DNA of 22,891 nucleotides. Source: Eledone cirrhosa (Eukaryota). Numbering within the stretch: the first letter of the stretch is position 1; every line of letters starts with the position of its first letter. The translations under genes were made by a program, and so were the position numbers. Under the pieces are notes generated by a model that was not told the DNA's origin, searched no databases, and worked only from the letters and a program-made list of their open reading frames with translations. Of this stretch, positions 1-12,245 are shown one piece after another. The DNA is taken from NCBI GenBank assembly GCA_964016885.1, contig CAXHJY010001121.1, forward strand, positions 1 through 22,891, in the 5' to 3' direction.

Positions 1-106
1 GGATACTTAACGAGAAAAATCCTAGGGTTTTGGACAAGTTTGTTTCAGGCGCTGTATAGACGCCTATTTTGTCACACCATGGTCATGAATTCGTATTCTT
101 TTCCAA

Positions 107-364
107 TAGATATTTTCCGCTCTATAAGGCTCACCAGGATATAAGGCGTATCATTTAAAATCAGGTCCGCGCAACGGCGTGTAAGGCCAACCAGAAAATG
201 CTATCTTCTTTACTTTTAGTCTAGATCTATTACTTCTGTTAGAGCCGTGATTGATTACCATTGTATTATTTATACATAAGGCTCACCGGAGTATAAAGCG
301 CAGAGCTGTTTTTTGATTAAATTTAATTATTTTAAGTGCAATTTATAGACGGGAAAATTCGGTA
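107..364. mobile_element. Degenerate Tc1/mariner (pogo-like) MITE
   Basis: Imperfect terminal inverted repeat ATTTTCCGCTCTATAA (112-127) versus TTATAGACGGGAAAAT (343-358), ending CGGTA. Internal direct repeat ATAAGGCTCACC at 124-135 and 276-287. The pattern resembles TACCGTATTTTCC...TATAAGGCGCACC-type non-autonomous elements (recalled, not searched). Confidence 0.55.
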
Positions 365-1538
365 AGTTATTGTAATCATATTTCCAAACCTTCCCATTCA
401 CCAGTAACCATGCTAACGAATCTGGTGTCAGCTCTCTCTGTATTTAATCACCTCTCTCTAACCTAACAGCTTCGTTACACGTCGTTATGCCCACACGGAA
501 ACGTTCAAGACTTACCTCCAAAAAAGGTACAGCTATTGCTTTGAGACAACGAATTAGGCGTTCTCAGGTATGAGTTCATTCACAATTGATTAATCCTTTA
601 TGCAATATTCTCCCTTAATGTTAGCAAGTACTGCGTTTATCCTAACTGTCACCACTTTTAAGCAACTACAACATTCTAATCGTAGTTATATTAAATTTAT
701 TGTCTTACCTTCATTCCCTTTTGTTCATGTTAGACTTTTCTCATTTACTATTGACACTGCCATTGGCTTAGCTAACCAGTAGAATTAATTAATTTTCTCT
801 AGGAAACACCTGCTGATTGACTCGCTGATAGACGTCTTTCCCGGCTGGTTGAGTCACCAACATCACGTACGACAAGGCTTGCTGATGTTCGCCTTCGTCG
901 CCAACAAGCGCTGACGGAGGAATCACCAACATCCCGTCAGACGAGGCTTGAGGCTGTGGCAAAGGGCAATAACCCTAGATACAATTTTGATCAACTTTTT
1001 TTCACCTATAGCAAATTTACCGGGACAGGTTTTTAGCTACTCAAATCTACTTCAGAGATCACGCATTGATGTAAAAAATCAATAAAACTGAAGCGGGGCT
1101 CGACTTTGCGCAAAAAAACAAGGCAAAGTTACACATGGGAAAACATTTTACAGGAACGTCCTATATTCTTGAAAACTGTCACAAAAGACTCGCCATTATG
1201 CCGCGATTAAGATAAAGGCCCTTTTAATTATTCTTCTGCACATATGAGCGCAAAAATTGTAAAAAAAAAACCCTGAAAGTAATCGACATTTTCACTCTGC
1301 TTTAAATTAACTGAACATTCAATATCAAGCGATTTTGACTTCCGTCAGTCGTGCAGAGAACAATTTCAACGATACACTGCGTAACTACAATTAATAAATT
1401 ACACACCTGTGTCTACTAACCTATTTTTTTCCATTGAAGTTCGAAGTTTTGAACCTGTGATGCGCGGGAAGTAACTTTCGCACATTCTAACAGACCAAAG
1501 GTCGACTTACACCCGGGCAATGCCGGGTACTTCTGCTA

Positions 1539-1539
<1 letters not shown>
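365..1539 (+). mobile_element. Non-autonomous Helitron (3' terminus clear, 5' boundary not determined)
   Basis: Subterminal GC-rich hairpin ACCCGG-GCAATG-CCGGGT (1511-1528), 7 nt spacer, CTAG (1536-1539), then T of a (TA)n tract. This is the canonical Helitron 3' signature. Confidence 0.75.
487..960 (+). pseudogene. Decayed 5' exons of a Helitron RepHel-like gene (exon 487-567, intron 568-802, exon from 803)
   Basis: ATG at 487 gives MPTRKRSRLTSKKGTAIALRQRIRRSQ, then donor CAG|GTATGA. Acceptor TTTTCTCTAG at 802, phase 0, gives ETPAD*LADRRLSRLVESPTSRTTRLADVRLRRQQALTEESPTSRQTRL. A 69-bp period repeat lies at 851/920. One TGA at 818-820 is probably from CGA. Lies upstream of a Helitron 3' end on the same strand. 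Confidence 0.5.

Positions 1540-1623
<84 letters not shown>
1540..1623. repeat. Pure (TA)n microsatellite
   Basis: About 42 uninterrupted TA units. Confidence 0.98.
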
Positions 1624-1628
<5 letters not shown>

Positions 1629-1798
1629 TAGTTTAGCCTACCACAATGTTCGATTTGTCAAGCTATTTAAACGTATGTTATAACTCTGAGACCTATCTTA
1701 TCGAGTGCTTTGCTAACTCATCACTTCATATAAGTAGGCCGAATTTACTTGCAAACCGCCAGAGATTCGATTTTACTGATTTCCAATTATATATAAAC

Positions 1799-1799
<1 letters not shown>

Positions 1800-1830
<31 letters not shown>

Positions 1831-1837
1831 GTATATG

Positions 1838-1870
<33 letters not shown>

Positions 1871-1874
1871 GTAT

Positions 1875-1914
<40 letters not shown>
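1800..1914. repeat. (TA)n/(TATG) microsatellite
   Basis: Directly visible. Confidence 0.95.
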
Positions 1915-2074
1915 TTAGGAGGAGGTTATAGTTCACTTGAAGCATCGTGTAATGAGGTATAAACGTTTGAATATGTATAATAAAGCCAAAACAATGCAGT
2001 TATGGACATAGAAAAAAAGAATGCAATTGCAAAAGATATTGTTGACAAATCGTCTTTTACCATAGATTTATTTA

Positions 2075-2118
2075 AATCTCCTTAATTTCCGAGATAATAT
2101 CTCTTTTTCAGAGGGAAA
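2075..2118 (-). ncRNA. Degenerate hammerhead-like motif
   Basis: Minus strand reads TTTCCCT-CTGAAAA-AGAGAT ATT ATCTCG-GAAA-TTA-AGGAGA. G8 is replaced by A and stem III is nearly absent, but the position in a PLE 3' UTR is the expected one. Confidence 0.3.
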
Positions 2119-2500
2119 TAAAGGTCTCAAACCAGCGTTCTAAATATCTTGCCAAGCCATGCTGACAGGAAATAGTATAGAGTATCTGTTCTATCTCTAA
2201 TGTCAAAGAGTTAAAATTAGGTGGGTAAAGAGTAGTCTCCCTCTAAAAGGGGTTTGTTTAGGTTTTTTTTAAATTTATATATACATGCCTGTTTAAGTGT
2301 GTGGTAGAATGCATGAAGGTGTAAGTATGTGAGTGTGTGTGTGTGTGAGTGTGAGAAGATAAGTCTATTCGTAAATGTGGGGGATAGGTGTTATCTGGTG
2401 TTAGAACTGGTTTTGTGTGTGTATGTGTGAGAGAGAATTACTGGAGGTGTAAGCGTGTGTGTGGGGGGGGGGGGGTGTAAATATGGGGCTAGAAGCCCTA

Positions 2501-3209
2501 TCAGGTTATAAATTGGGTGTTGAGTTCTAGTCTATTATTGATTGGTGGTTGTGTTTTATCTATAATTAGTGCTTCCTTAATTCTAAGATTGTCGAGGTTT
2601 CTTTCCTTAGTTTCTATCCTAACTGTTATGGTTTTGTCGGTGTTTTTGCATTTAACTAGGTGTTTCTTAAATGAGGAAGCGTTAGTATTGAGATGTTCTT
2701 TTATTCTTATGTGGAGTGGTCTGGTGGTGCTACCTACGTAGAAGTTGTTGCATTTGTCACACTCTAGTCTGCATACGACGTAAGCCTGGTGGCATAGGTC
2801 TGTGTCGTTGATGGGGCAATTGGCTAGTCCGCAGCAGTTGTCATGTCTGGTGGAGTGTCTTTTGGTTAGCTGTCCGCGTAGAGAAGGACGTGACTGGGCC
2901 AGTTGGATATCTAGTCCCTCTCGTCTGATGGCTCTGCGGATGGCTGTTGTTGTTTCTTTACTGAAGTGTGGGAGCTTCAGGAAGCAAGTGTTAGTGCCTC
3001 GGGTGTGGTGTCCTCTGTTCTTTCTGGCACGGTTTGTGGTGGATGTCGTGTATCCGTTCAGTTTGAGTACTTCCAGGAAATGTGTGGTGTGTGTGTCTCG
3101 GTCTCTAGCGTCGGTGCATTTGTTCCGGATACGTGCCAGTTCGTTCCTTATGTATCCGAACTTGGCACCGAGTGGGAGGGCCGATCTGAAATGCAGGGAC
3201 CTGTTCGTA
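2501..3209 (-). pseudogene. PLE ORF C-terminus: RT thumb, Cys linker and GIY-YIG endonuclease
   Basis: NRSLHFRSALP...LKLNGY (thumb), CCGLANCPINDTDLC linker, YVVCRLECDKCNNFYVGSTTRPLHIRIKEH (GIY-YIG with conserved Arg), LRIKEALII...PPIN. Frame is open to the stop. The first ~37 aa of the tracked ORF come from the inverted copy. Confidence 0.88.
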
Positions 3210-3325
3210 CATTTCAGATCGGCCCTCCCACTCGGTGCCAAGTTCGGATACATAAGGAATGAACTGGCACGTCTCCGGAACAAATGCACCGACGCTAGAG
3301 ACCGAGACACACACACCACACATTT
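3078..3325. repeat. Inverted repeat, 116-bp arms, 16-nt spacer
   Basis: 3078-3193 is the reverse complement of 3210-3325, with 2 mismatches seen. Confidence 0.97.
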
Positions 3326-3439
3326 GTATATATATATATATATAAATGAAGTAATTCCGTCGGAAAAGTCCAGGAAAAAAGAGTGCTCTATGTAGGTAAC
3401 AGAGCTTAATAGTTATGTAATAAACAACATAAGGCAATT

Positions 3440-3501
3440 ATTCCATTTACCAGTGGTTTCTTAAAAGCAAAAAAATTTGCTTTCAATCATCAGAATGAAA
3501 A
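3440..3501 (-). ncRNA. Type I hammerhead ribozyme, family H1 copy 1 (GUA site)
   Basis: Minus strand reads TTTCATT-CTGATGA-TTGAAAGCAAA TTTT TTTGCTTTTAA-GAA-ACC ACT GGT-A-AATGGAA. Core is intact, all three stems form, stem III is minimal. Confidence 0.85.
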
Positions 3502-3599
3502 AATCCTGGTTTGTTTATGGAATTTGGATTTTAAAAACAAAAATGCAATCTATATGAAAGTGAGGCTGGAGAAAGAAGAAGAAAAGGAAAAATAAAATA

Positions 3600-3644
3600 A
3601 AAACACACATGCAAACACACACACACACACACAAAAGCATACAT

Positions 3645-3679
<35 letters not shown>

Positions 3680-4319
3680 AATATATATATATATACATAA
3701 ACTCATACATACACACACACACATATACACATATATATGTGTATATAAATACACACATACACATACATATACACATACATACGCACATAAATATCAACAC
3801 ATCCATACATACACATACATATATACAACCACACACACATATATATATATAGAAATAGAAATATATATATATATTTATATGCATACACATACACATACAT
3901 AGCCATACACACATACATATACATACATACATACATACATACATACATGCACACAATCATACCTATATACACACGTACATACATATACATACATAATGCA
4001 TACATATGCATGTACAAAGTTAGAAAAATATACACACACCTCTACATATTCACACACGCAAATAAATATAAGAAAAAATATATATAAAAAAATAAAATAA
4101 TAAAGACTATTATGCAGTTGACAGCGATACAAGCGACGAATAAATAAACAGACACGCGTGGTAAGCAATACACACAAATGCACGTACACATACGTACGAA
4201 AAAGTAAATACATACACACACTCTCACACATAAATATACATATACAAATACATAAACACATACATACGCATACACAAACACACACACATATACATATATA
4301 CACACACATATACATATAC

Positions 4320-4350
<31 letters not shown>

Positions 4351-4455
4351 CGCACACATATACACACATATATATATATATACATACACACACACATACA
4401 TACATACATAGCTATACAATTATACACATACAAATACGTACATATCACAAACACG

Positions 4456-4545
<90 letters not shown>
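3600..4545. repeat. Compound (CA)/(TA)/(TACA) microsatellite with short unique islands
   Basis: Directly visible. Landmarks in 3600-3990 recur inverted at 5809-6130. Confidence 0.9.
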
Positions 4546-4546
<1 letters not shown>

Positions 4547-4641
4547 AAAACTCAATCTTAGATAATTCATATGAACCTTATATAACTCCAAAATATACAT
4601 ATACATATATATAGTAATGTAATAAACAACATAAGGCAATT

Positions 4642-4704
4642 ATTCCATTCACCAGTGGTTTCTTAAAAGCAAAAAAATGTTGCCTTCAATCATCAGAATG
4701 AAAA
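4642..4704 (-). ncRNA. Hammerhead family H1 copy 2 (cleavage triplet GUG, probably inactive)
   Basis: Same motif as copy 1, but minus strand reads GAAACCACTGGTG-AATGG (C at 4650), plus stem II substitutions. Confidence 0.75.
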
Positions 4705-4977
4705 AAACCTGGTCTATCTATCTCTATATATATATATATATATATATACACATACACATACATACACATACATTTTGGTATGTGAAGTGTAAGGCAAAAA
4801 GAATATGTGGGGGGGGGGGGGGGAGACATAGGAAAAGGTGAAATATAAGGGGAGATAAGGGAGAAAAAGAATACAAGACTACAGAACGTGGATTCAGCAA
4901 ATAAAAAAACCGTAGTAGAAGTAAAGAGCAGAGAGGGAGTTGAAGGCGTTTGATTTATCATAGGAGTGTCAATCCAG

Positions 4978-5449
4978 TTACAGATCAGATCTGAAGATCT
5001 CGGTCTTTGAGTTTAGGCAAGCAGAAGTGGCTCTCAAGTTTAGCAAAATCCTATATTTTTCTGTGGTACAGAAAGAACAATTCTTTGTGCCCCTTTGGTA
5101 CTCCCTCGAATGGTCTAAGATAGACCAATCGATAGAGTACGGGATGTTACTATCCTTCAATTCTCACACCTTACTTGCGAGGGCCGTTGGTGTTCGTTTA
5201 TCGGAGCGCTTAAAAGAAGCGACATGTGAGTAAAATCTAGTTTTAAACCTGTCCTGGGTCATGCCGACATATCGCTCACTCCTGGCTGGCTGGTTGTTGA
5301 TTAACGGTGTTATTTTATCCTCATAAACAACAGATTTGGTGTTACATTTACTCTGCAATGGGCATTCATCCGGCTTCCTGCAACTGCATCCTGGATTTGT
5401 TCTCGTATGATTCGATCTAGTGATCTTGGACTTCATAGATGGGCAACAA
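4978..5449 (-). pseudogene. Naiad-type PLE GIY-YIG endonuclease region
   Basis: CSCRKPDECPLQSKCNTKSVVY linker, RYVGMTQDRFKTRFYSHVASF, ALASKV*ELKD (TGA at 5164-5166 at a Trp position), IDWSIL, CSFCTTEK, CLNSKTEI. Confidence 0.88.
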
Positions 5450-5808
5450 TAATAATCTTATTCCTAACATTAGCAGTAGGAGTTCTACCTTATCTTCGTC
5501 TATAGACATTTATAATAAAGCCCGTAAGAACAGCGGTTTTACAGAAAAAAATGTTTATTTACGTACTCCCCCCCCCCTAAAACTAACCACAATAACAAGA
5601 AAAGGAAAATTATTTGGGTCACACCCCCCCTTCTCTCTAACTGTCAAAAGTAATGTAGGAAGGAAATTCCTTGAACTCTTAGACAAACATTTTCCTCCTA
5701 ATCATAGATATTATAAGATATTTAATAGGAACGTAGTTAAGATCAGTTACTCTTGTTGCCCATCTATGAAGTCCAAGATCACTAGTTCAAATCATACGAG
5801 AACAAATC
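5450..5808 (+). pseudogene. Inverted upstream segment of the same PLE ORF (RT thumb/linker)
   Basis: PPFSLTVKSNVGRKFLELLDKHFPPNHRYYKIFNRNVVKISYSCCPSM is homologous to NPPFNREV...LHFPIQHRYHTIFNKNTIRLSYSTTPN in element D. The last 56 bp (5753-5808) overlap 5394-5449 in reverse. Confidence 0.88.
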
Positions 5809-6054
5809 TATGTATGTGCATGTATGTACGTGAGTATATAGGTATGTATGTGTGTATGGCTATGTATGTGTATGTATATGCATATATATATATATATATG
5901 TATATATGTGAGTGTGGTTGTATATATGTATGTGTATGTATGGATGTGTTGATATTTATGTGCGTATGTATGTATGTGTATATGTATGTGTATGTGTGTA
6001 TTTACATACACATATATATATGTGTATATATGTGTGTATATGTATGAGTGTATG

Positions 6055-6085
<31 letters not shown>

Positions 6086-6228
6086 CTGTATGTATGCTTT
6101 TGTGTGTGTGTGTGTTTGCATGTGTGTTTTTATTTTATTTTTCCTTTCCTTCTTCTATCTCCAGCCTCACTTTCATATAGATTGCATGTTTGTTTTTAAA
6201 ATCCAAATTCAATAAACAGACCAGGATT

Positions 6229-6290
6229 TTTTCATTCTGATGATTGAAAGCAAATTTTTTGGCTTTTAAGAAACCACTGGTAAATGGAAT
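6229..6290 (+). ncRNA. Hammerhead family H1 copy 3 (GUA site)
   Basis: CTGATGA at 6237-6243, stem II TTGAAAGC/GCTTTTAA, GAAAC at 6270-6274, GTA at 6280-6282, stem I TTTCATT/AATGGAA. Confidence 0.85.
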
Positions 6291-6295
6291 AATTG

Positions 6296-7842
6296 GCTAG
6301 CGGTGTACTACCCAGGGAGCTGAAAGAAGGCACAATATGCCATATCCATAAAGAAGGTAGCAGAGCGGAGGCCAAAAACTATAGGCCAGTCTCCTTGACG
6401 TCGCATATCAGTAAGGTCATGGAGCGAGTCGTCAGAAAGAAACTGATCACTTTCCTTGAGGAAAATGACCGCCTGACTAGCACGCAACATGGCTTCCGCC
6501 CAGGAAGAAGCTACCTTACACAGCTGCTACATCACTACGACTGGGTACTGAAACAACTACTAGACAGCTCACATGTGGACGTGATATATCTTGACTTTGC
6601 GAAGGCCTTTGACAAGGTCGACCACGGAATGATATGTCACAAACTACACGGACTCGGCATAACTGGAAAAGTAGGTGAGTGACGGCATGACTTCCTAAAG
6701 GACAGAAGCCAGGCAGTCGCAGCAAATGGGGCCCTCTCAAAGGAAACACCAATAACAAGTGGGGTGCCCCAGGGGACAGTCCTGGGACCACTACTGTTTT
6801 TGGTGGCTCTCTCAGACATGCCCTCTGTAGTACATACAACAACATCCCTCACTAGCTATGCTGATGACACTAAGGTAGCACAGGCAATCAAAAACCCGGC
6901 TGACGCTGCCCTTTTACGGCAGGATCTGAATGCCATATACAAATGGGCGGAAGAAAACAACATGCAATTTAATGCTAGCCAATTCCAAGCCCTACAATAC
7001 AAACCTCCAAACAAACCTGCGAACACAAATATAGTACAACACAACTACACAGGACCAGGAGGGACCAATATCGCCGTGTCAAAATCGATACGAGACCTGG
7101 GCATAGACATGAGCGATGATGCAAATTTTTCTTCACACATCATGAAAGTGGAGACAATGTGCAGACGACTCTCTGGCTGGATCTTGAGGACTTTCCGGAC
7201 AAGAGATCGAGACACCATGTTGACACTATGGAGGCCATTTGTCCTAAGCCGCCTGGACTACTGCTCCTAGTTGTGGTCACCCCATAGTGTCAAACTAACC
7301 ACGGAGCTTGAGGCAATCCAGCGAAGCTACACCAAGCGGATTGCCACGATGGAGGAGACAAGCTACTGGGAGAGGCTAAAGGAACTGAATCTCTACTCCT
7401 TGGAACGAAGACGGGAGAGATACGCAGTGATCTAAATGTGGAAAATCCTGGAGGGACTAGCATCAAACTTTGGCATTGGGAGCTTGACCAACAGTCGAAC
7501 AGGACGTCACTGTGTGGTGCCAAAGGTCCCGTCTTCCACATCTAGAATAAGGAGCAGGTATTGCAATAGCCTGGGATTCAAGGGCCCTCAACTCTTCAAC
7601 AAGCTGCCGGGGGATCTGAGAGATTGCATGACGTCTTCAAGAAACATCTCGATACACCTTGTTATCCAGGATCCCGGATGAGCCCACAGCAAGGCCCGAG
7701 GGAAAACTAAGGGCAGCAGCAACAAACTCACTCTTACACCAGTGGCCAACCTATACAGGCTGGAGATAAAATGTGTAGCAACAAGGGCGGTGCCCCAGCA
7801 TGGCCTCAGCCGGATGGCTGAAACAGGTAAAAGAGTAAAAGA

Positions 7843-7846
<4 letters not shown>
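6296..7846 (+). mobile_element. 5'-truncated CR1-group LINE, RT pseudogene with 3' tail
   Basis: NYRPVSLTS, QHGFRPGRS, YLDFAKAFDKVDH, GVPQGTVLGPLLF, YADDTK, LDYCS, LEAIQR, LYSLERRRER. Three in-frame stops (6680, 7268, 7433) lie in one frame, with frameshifts near the end. 3' stem-loop TCAGCC-GGAT-GGCTGA, then (GTAAAAGA)2 tail. Confidence 0.92.
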
Positions 7847-8009
<163 letters not shown>

Positions 8010-8295
8010 TTAAGTGTATTGAGTTCAAAACTCAAGCATTCCTTTACAATGAAATAGCTCAAAGAAAGAAATATTTCTGAGCCGTATAATACAAGTAAAT
8101 ATAAATTAATATATATGATGAAACACAAATACCCACATATCTGTGTTTATATTGTAAAAGAAATTAAGTTAGCTAGAATGAAATATACTAATTATAATAT
8201 TACAGTTTGCCTATCTCAATTTAAAATAATAAATCAATAAAAACAAACAGTATTGGCAAATGGCCATGGTGTTTAGACAAATTTAAATTTCAAAA
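8010..8295 (-). repeat. Inverted partial copy of the 551-bp repeat, spanning its unit junction
   Basis: Reverse complement of about 8637-8923 with a few substitutions. Confidence 0.93.
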
Positions 8296-9395
8296 TACGG
8301 CTCAGAAATATTCCTTTCTTTGAGCTATTTCATTGTAAAGGAATGCTTGAGTTTTGAACTCAATACACTTAATATAATTGCTCCTTACGTTGAGCTGATA
8401 GTAGCCCCATATATACGGCTGTTATTTCTAGCAGTATGAGTATGAGGCTGGCTAGAAACTGGAAAACCATTTGTTAAACCATGTGCGTTAAACAGTCCTT
8501 TAAAATATTTAGAAGTGAAGCATATCAATTTGTTCAGGGTGTTTACTGATGTGAGCTGGACATGATATCCTTACACTTATTCATCTCGAAACATATTTGG
8601 ATTTTAAAGTTTAAACTTATCTACGGAAAAGGTTTGATTTTGAAATTTAAATTTGTCTAAACACCATGGCCATTTGCCAATACTGTTTGTTTTTATTGAT
8701 TTATTATTTTAAATCGAGATAGGCAAACTGTAATATTATAATTAGTATATTTCATTCTAGCTAACTTAATTTCTTTTACTATATAAACACAGATATGTTG
8801 GTATTTGTGTTTCATCATATATATTAATTTATATTTACTTGTATTATACGGCTCAGAAATATTTCTTTCTTTGAGCTATTTCATTGTAAAGGAATGATTG
8901 AGTTTTGAAATCAATACACTTAATATAATTGCTCCTTACGTTGAGCTGACAGTAGCCCCATATATACGGCTGTTATTTCTAGCAGTACGAGTATGAGGCT
9001 GCCTAGAAACTGGAAAACCATGTGTTAAACCATGTGCGTTAAACAGTCTTTTAAAATATTTAGAAGTGAAGCATATCAATTTGTTCAGGGTGTTTACTGA
9101 TGTGAGCTGAACATGATATCCTTACACTTATTCATCTCGAAACATATTTGGATTTTAAAGTTTAAACTTATCTACGGAACAGGTTTGATTTTGAAATTTA
9201 AATTTGTCTAAACACCATGGCCATTTGCCAATACTGTTTGTTTTTATTGATTTATTATTTTAAATCGAGATAGGCAAACTGTAATATTATAATTAGTATA
9301 TTTCATTCTAGCTAACTTAATTTCTTTTACAATATAAACACAGATATGTTGGTATTTGTGTTTCATCATATATATTAATTTATATTTACTTGTAT
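8296..9395 (+). repeat. Two head-to-tail copies of a 551-bp AT-rich non-coding unit
   Basis: TACGGCTCAGAAATATT at 8296 and 8847. The copies differ by roughly a dozen substitutions. Confidence 0.95.
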
Positions 9396-10058
<663 letters not shown>

Positions 10059-10149
10059 CACATTCACAAACACACTCACTCACACACTCGCGCGCACCCA
10101 CGAACACCCACACATAGATATATACATATATATATACATACACACACAC

Positions 10150-10200
<51 letters not shown>

Positions 10201-10243
10201 TACATATATGCACATATACATATATACATATATATATATATAT
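10059..10243. repeat. (CA)/(TA) microsatellite
   Basis: Directly visible. Confidence 0.9.
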
Positions 10244-10840
10244 GGTGGCTGCCAACTCGTTTTCGAGTACTTTATATCCATGTAGGAGAACCACTACCGA
10301 TGCACTGAACGAGTGTGACTTTTTAGTCCAGCCAGCGACTTGAAAACTCTGGTACAAACACTACACTTGTGACAAACATTGACACATAGTGCTGGGCCAA
10401 TGGTACTATGTGACGACAAGTGCAGAGAGATCTCCAGATATAAAGCAATGCCTGTGCCGTGAAGCTTTTATAGTGAGCAAAGGCACTGCACAAAGCCAGT
10501 CCCACTCTCTTAACCAAGATGATATTTACCAAAAAGAAGAACAAGTCAACATCATTGGATACCATCAGGGTTGCAGGTGTTATATCAGAGTTTTCCTTTT
10601 CCTAGAATTCTGCCTTGACAAAGGCTAATGGGTCATCTCTCCCGGTGATTTTGGATGGCCATTGACTCTTAAGAGCTCCTTTTCCCTTTGACAGGTTTTG
10701 TTTTGAGTCCTGCAGGATGTCCAAAGTCACCCTCCTCACCAAGAAACCTTGGTGGGTTGCCAGTTTAGTCGCCAAAGACCCGACCATGAGACAGGTTGTA
10801 CTGGGATACATGTTACCAGTAGCACCAACTGGTGACCTGA
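10244..10840 (-). mobile_element. Possible RTE-clade LINE 5' UTR fragment
   Basis: GC-richer island with no credible ORF. Minus-strand CTAGGAAAAGGAAAACTCTGA and GGCGACTAAACT resemble motifs recalled from RTE 5' UTRs. Not verified. Confidence 0.3.

Positions 10841-12245
<1,405 letters not shown>

Larger units (their letters stand above)
1916..3325 (-). mobile_element. 5'-truncated Penelope-like retroelement A with inverted cap
   Basis: RT-thumb/GIY-YIG coding segment at 2501-3209, putative 3' UTR at 1916-2500, inverted duplication at 3210-3325, and (TA)n on both sides. Confidence 0.8.
3345..6295. mobile_element. Composite Naiad-type PLE locus B with inversion and three hammerhead-bearing pLTR copies
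   Basis: ORF pieces at 4978-5449 (-) and 5450-5808 (+). pLTR-like segments at 3345-~3990 (-), 4611-4715 (-) and 5809-6295 (+) share sequence. Linkage of the pLTRs to the ORF is inferred from adjacency. Confidence 0.7.

Noticed and set aside
600-782. 60-aa ORF
   Set aside because: No motifs, and it lies inside the predicted intron.
1626-1795. Unique island with GTGATGA on the minus strand
   Set aside because: No C3, no GAAA and no stem III. Nothing assignable.
2802-3395. 197-aa + strand ORF and other antisense ORFs over TE coding regions
   Set aside because: Shadows of the PLE/LINE frames or products of the palindrome.
5164-5166. In-frame TGA as possible selenocysteine in a Naiad PLE
   Set aside because: It aligns with Trp (ASYVWDLK in element D), so TGG to TGA is the simpler explanation. 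No SECIS was recognised downstream.
6680-6682. TGA read-through in the CR1 RT
   Set aside because: Conserved Trp position, and the copy has other nonsense codons and frameshifts.
8110-8160. ATGATGA-AACACAAATA...TGTGTT resembling hammerhead H3
   Set aside because: C3 and GAAA are absent, and the hairpin pairs better on the other strand.
8296-9395. CRISPR-like or other prokaryotic array
   Set aside because: No short repeats with unique spacers and no cas genes. The context is eukaryotic.
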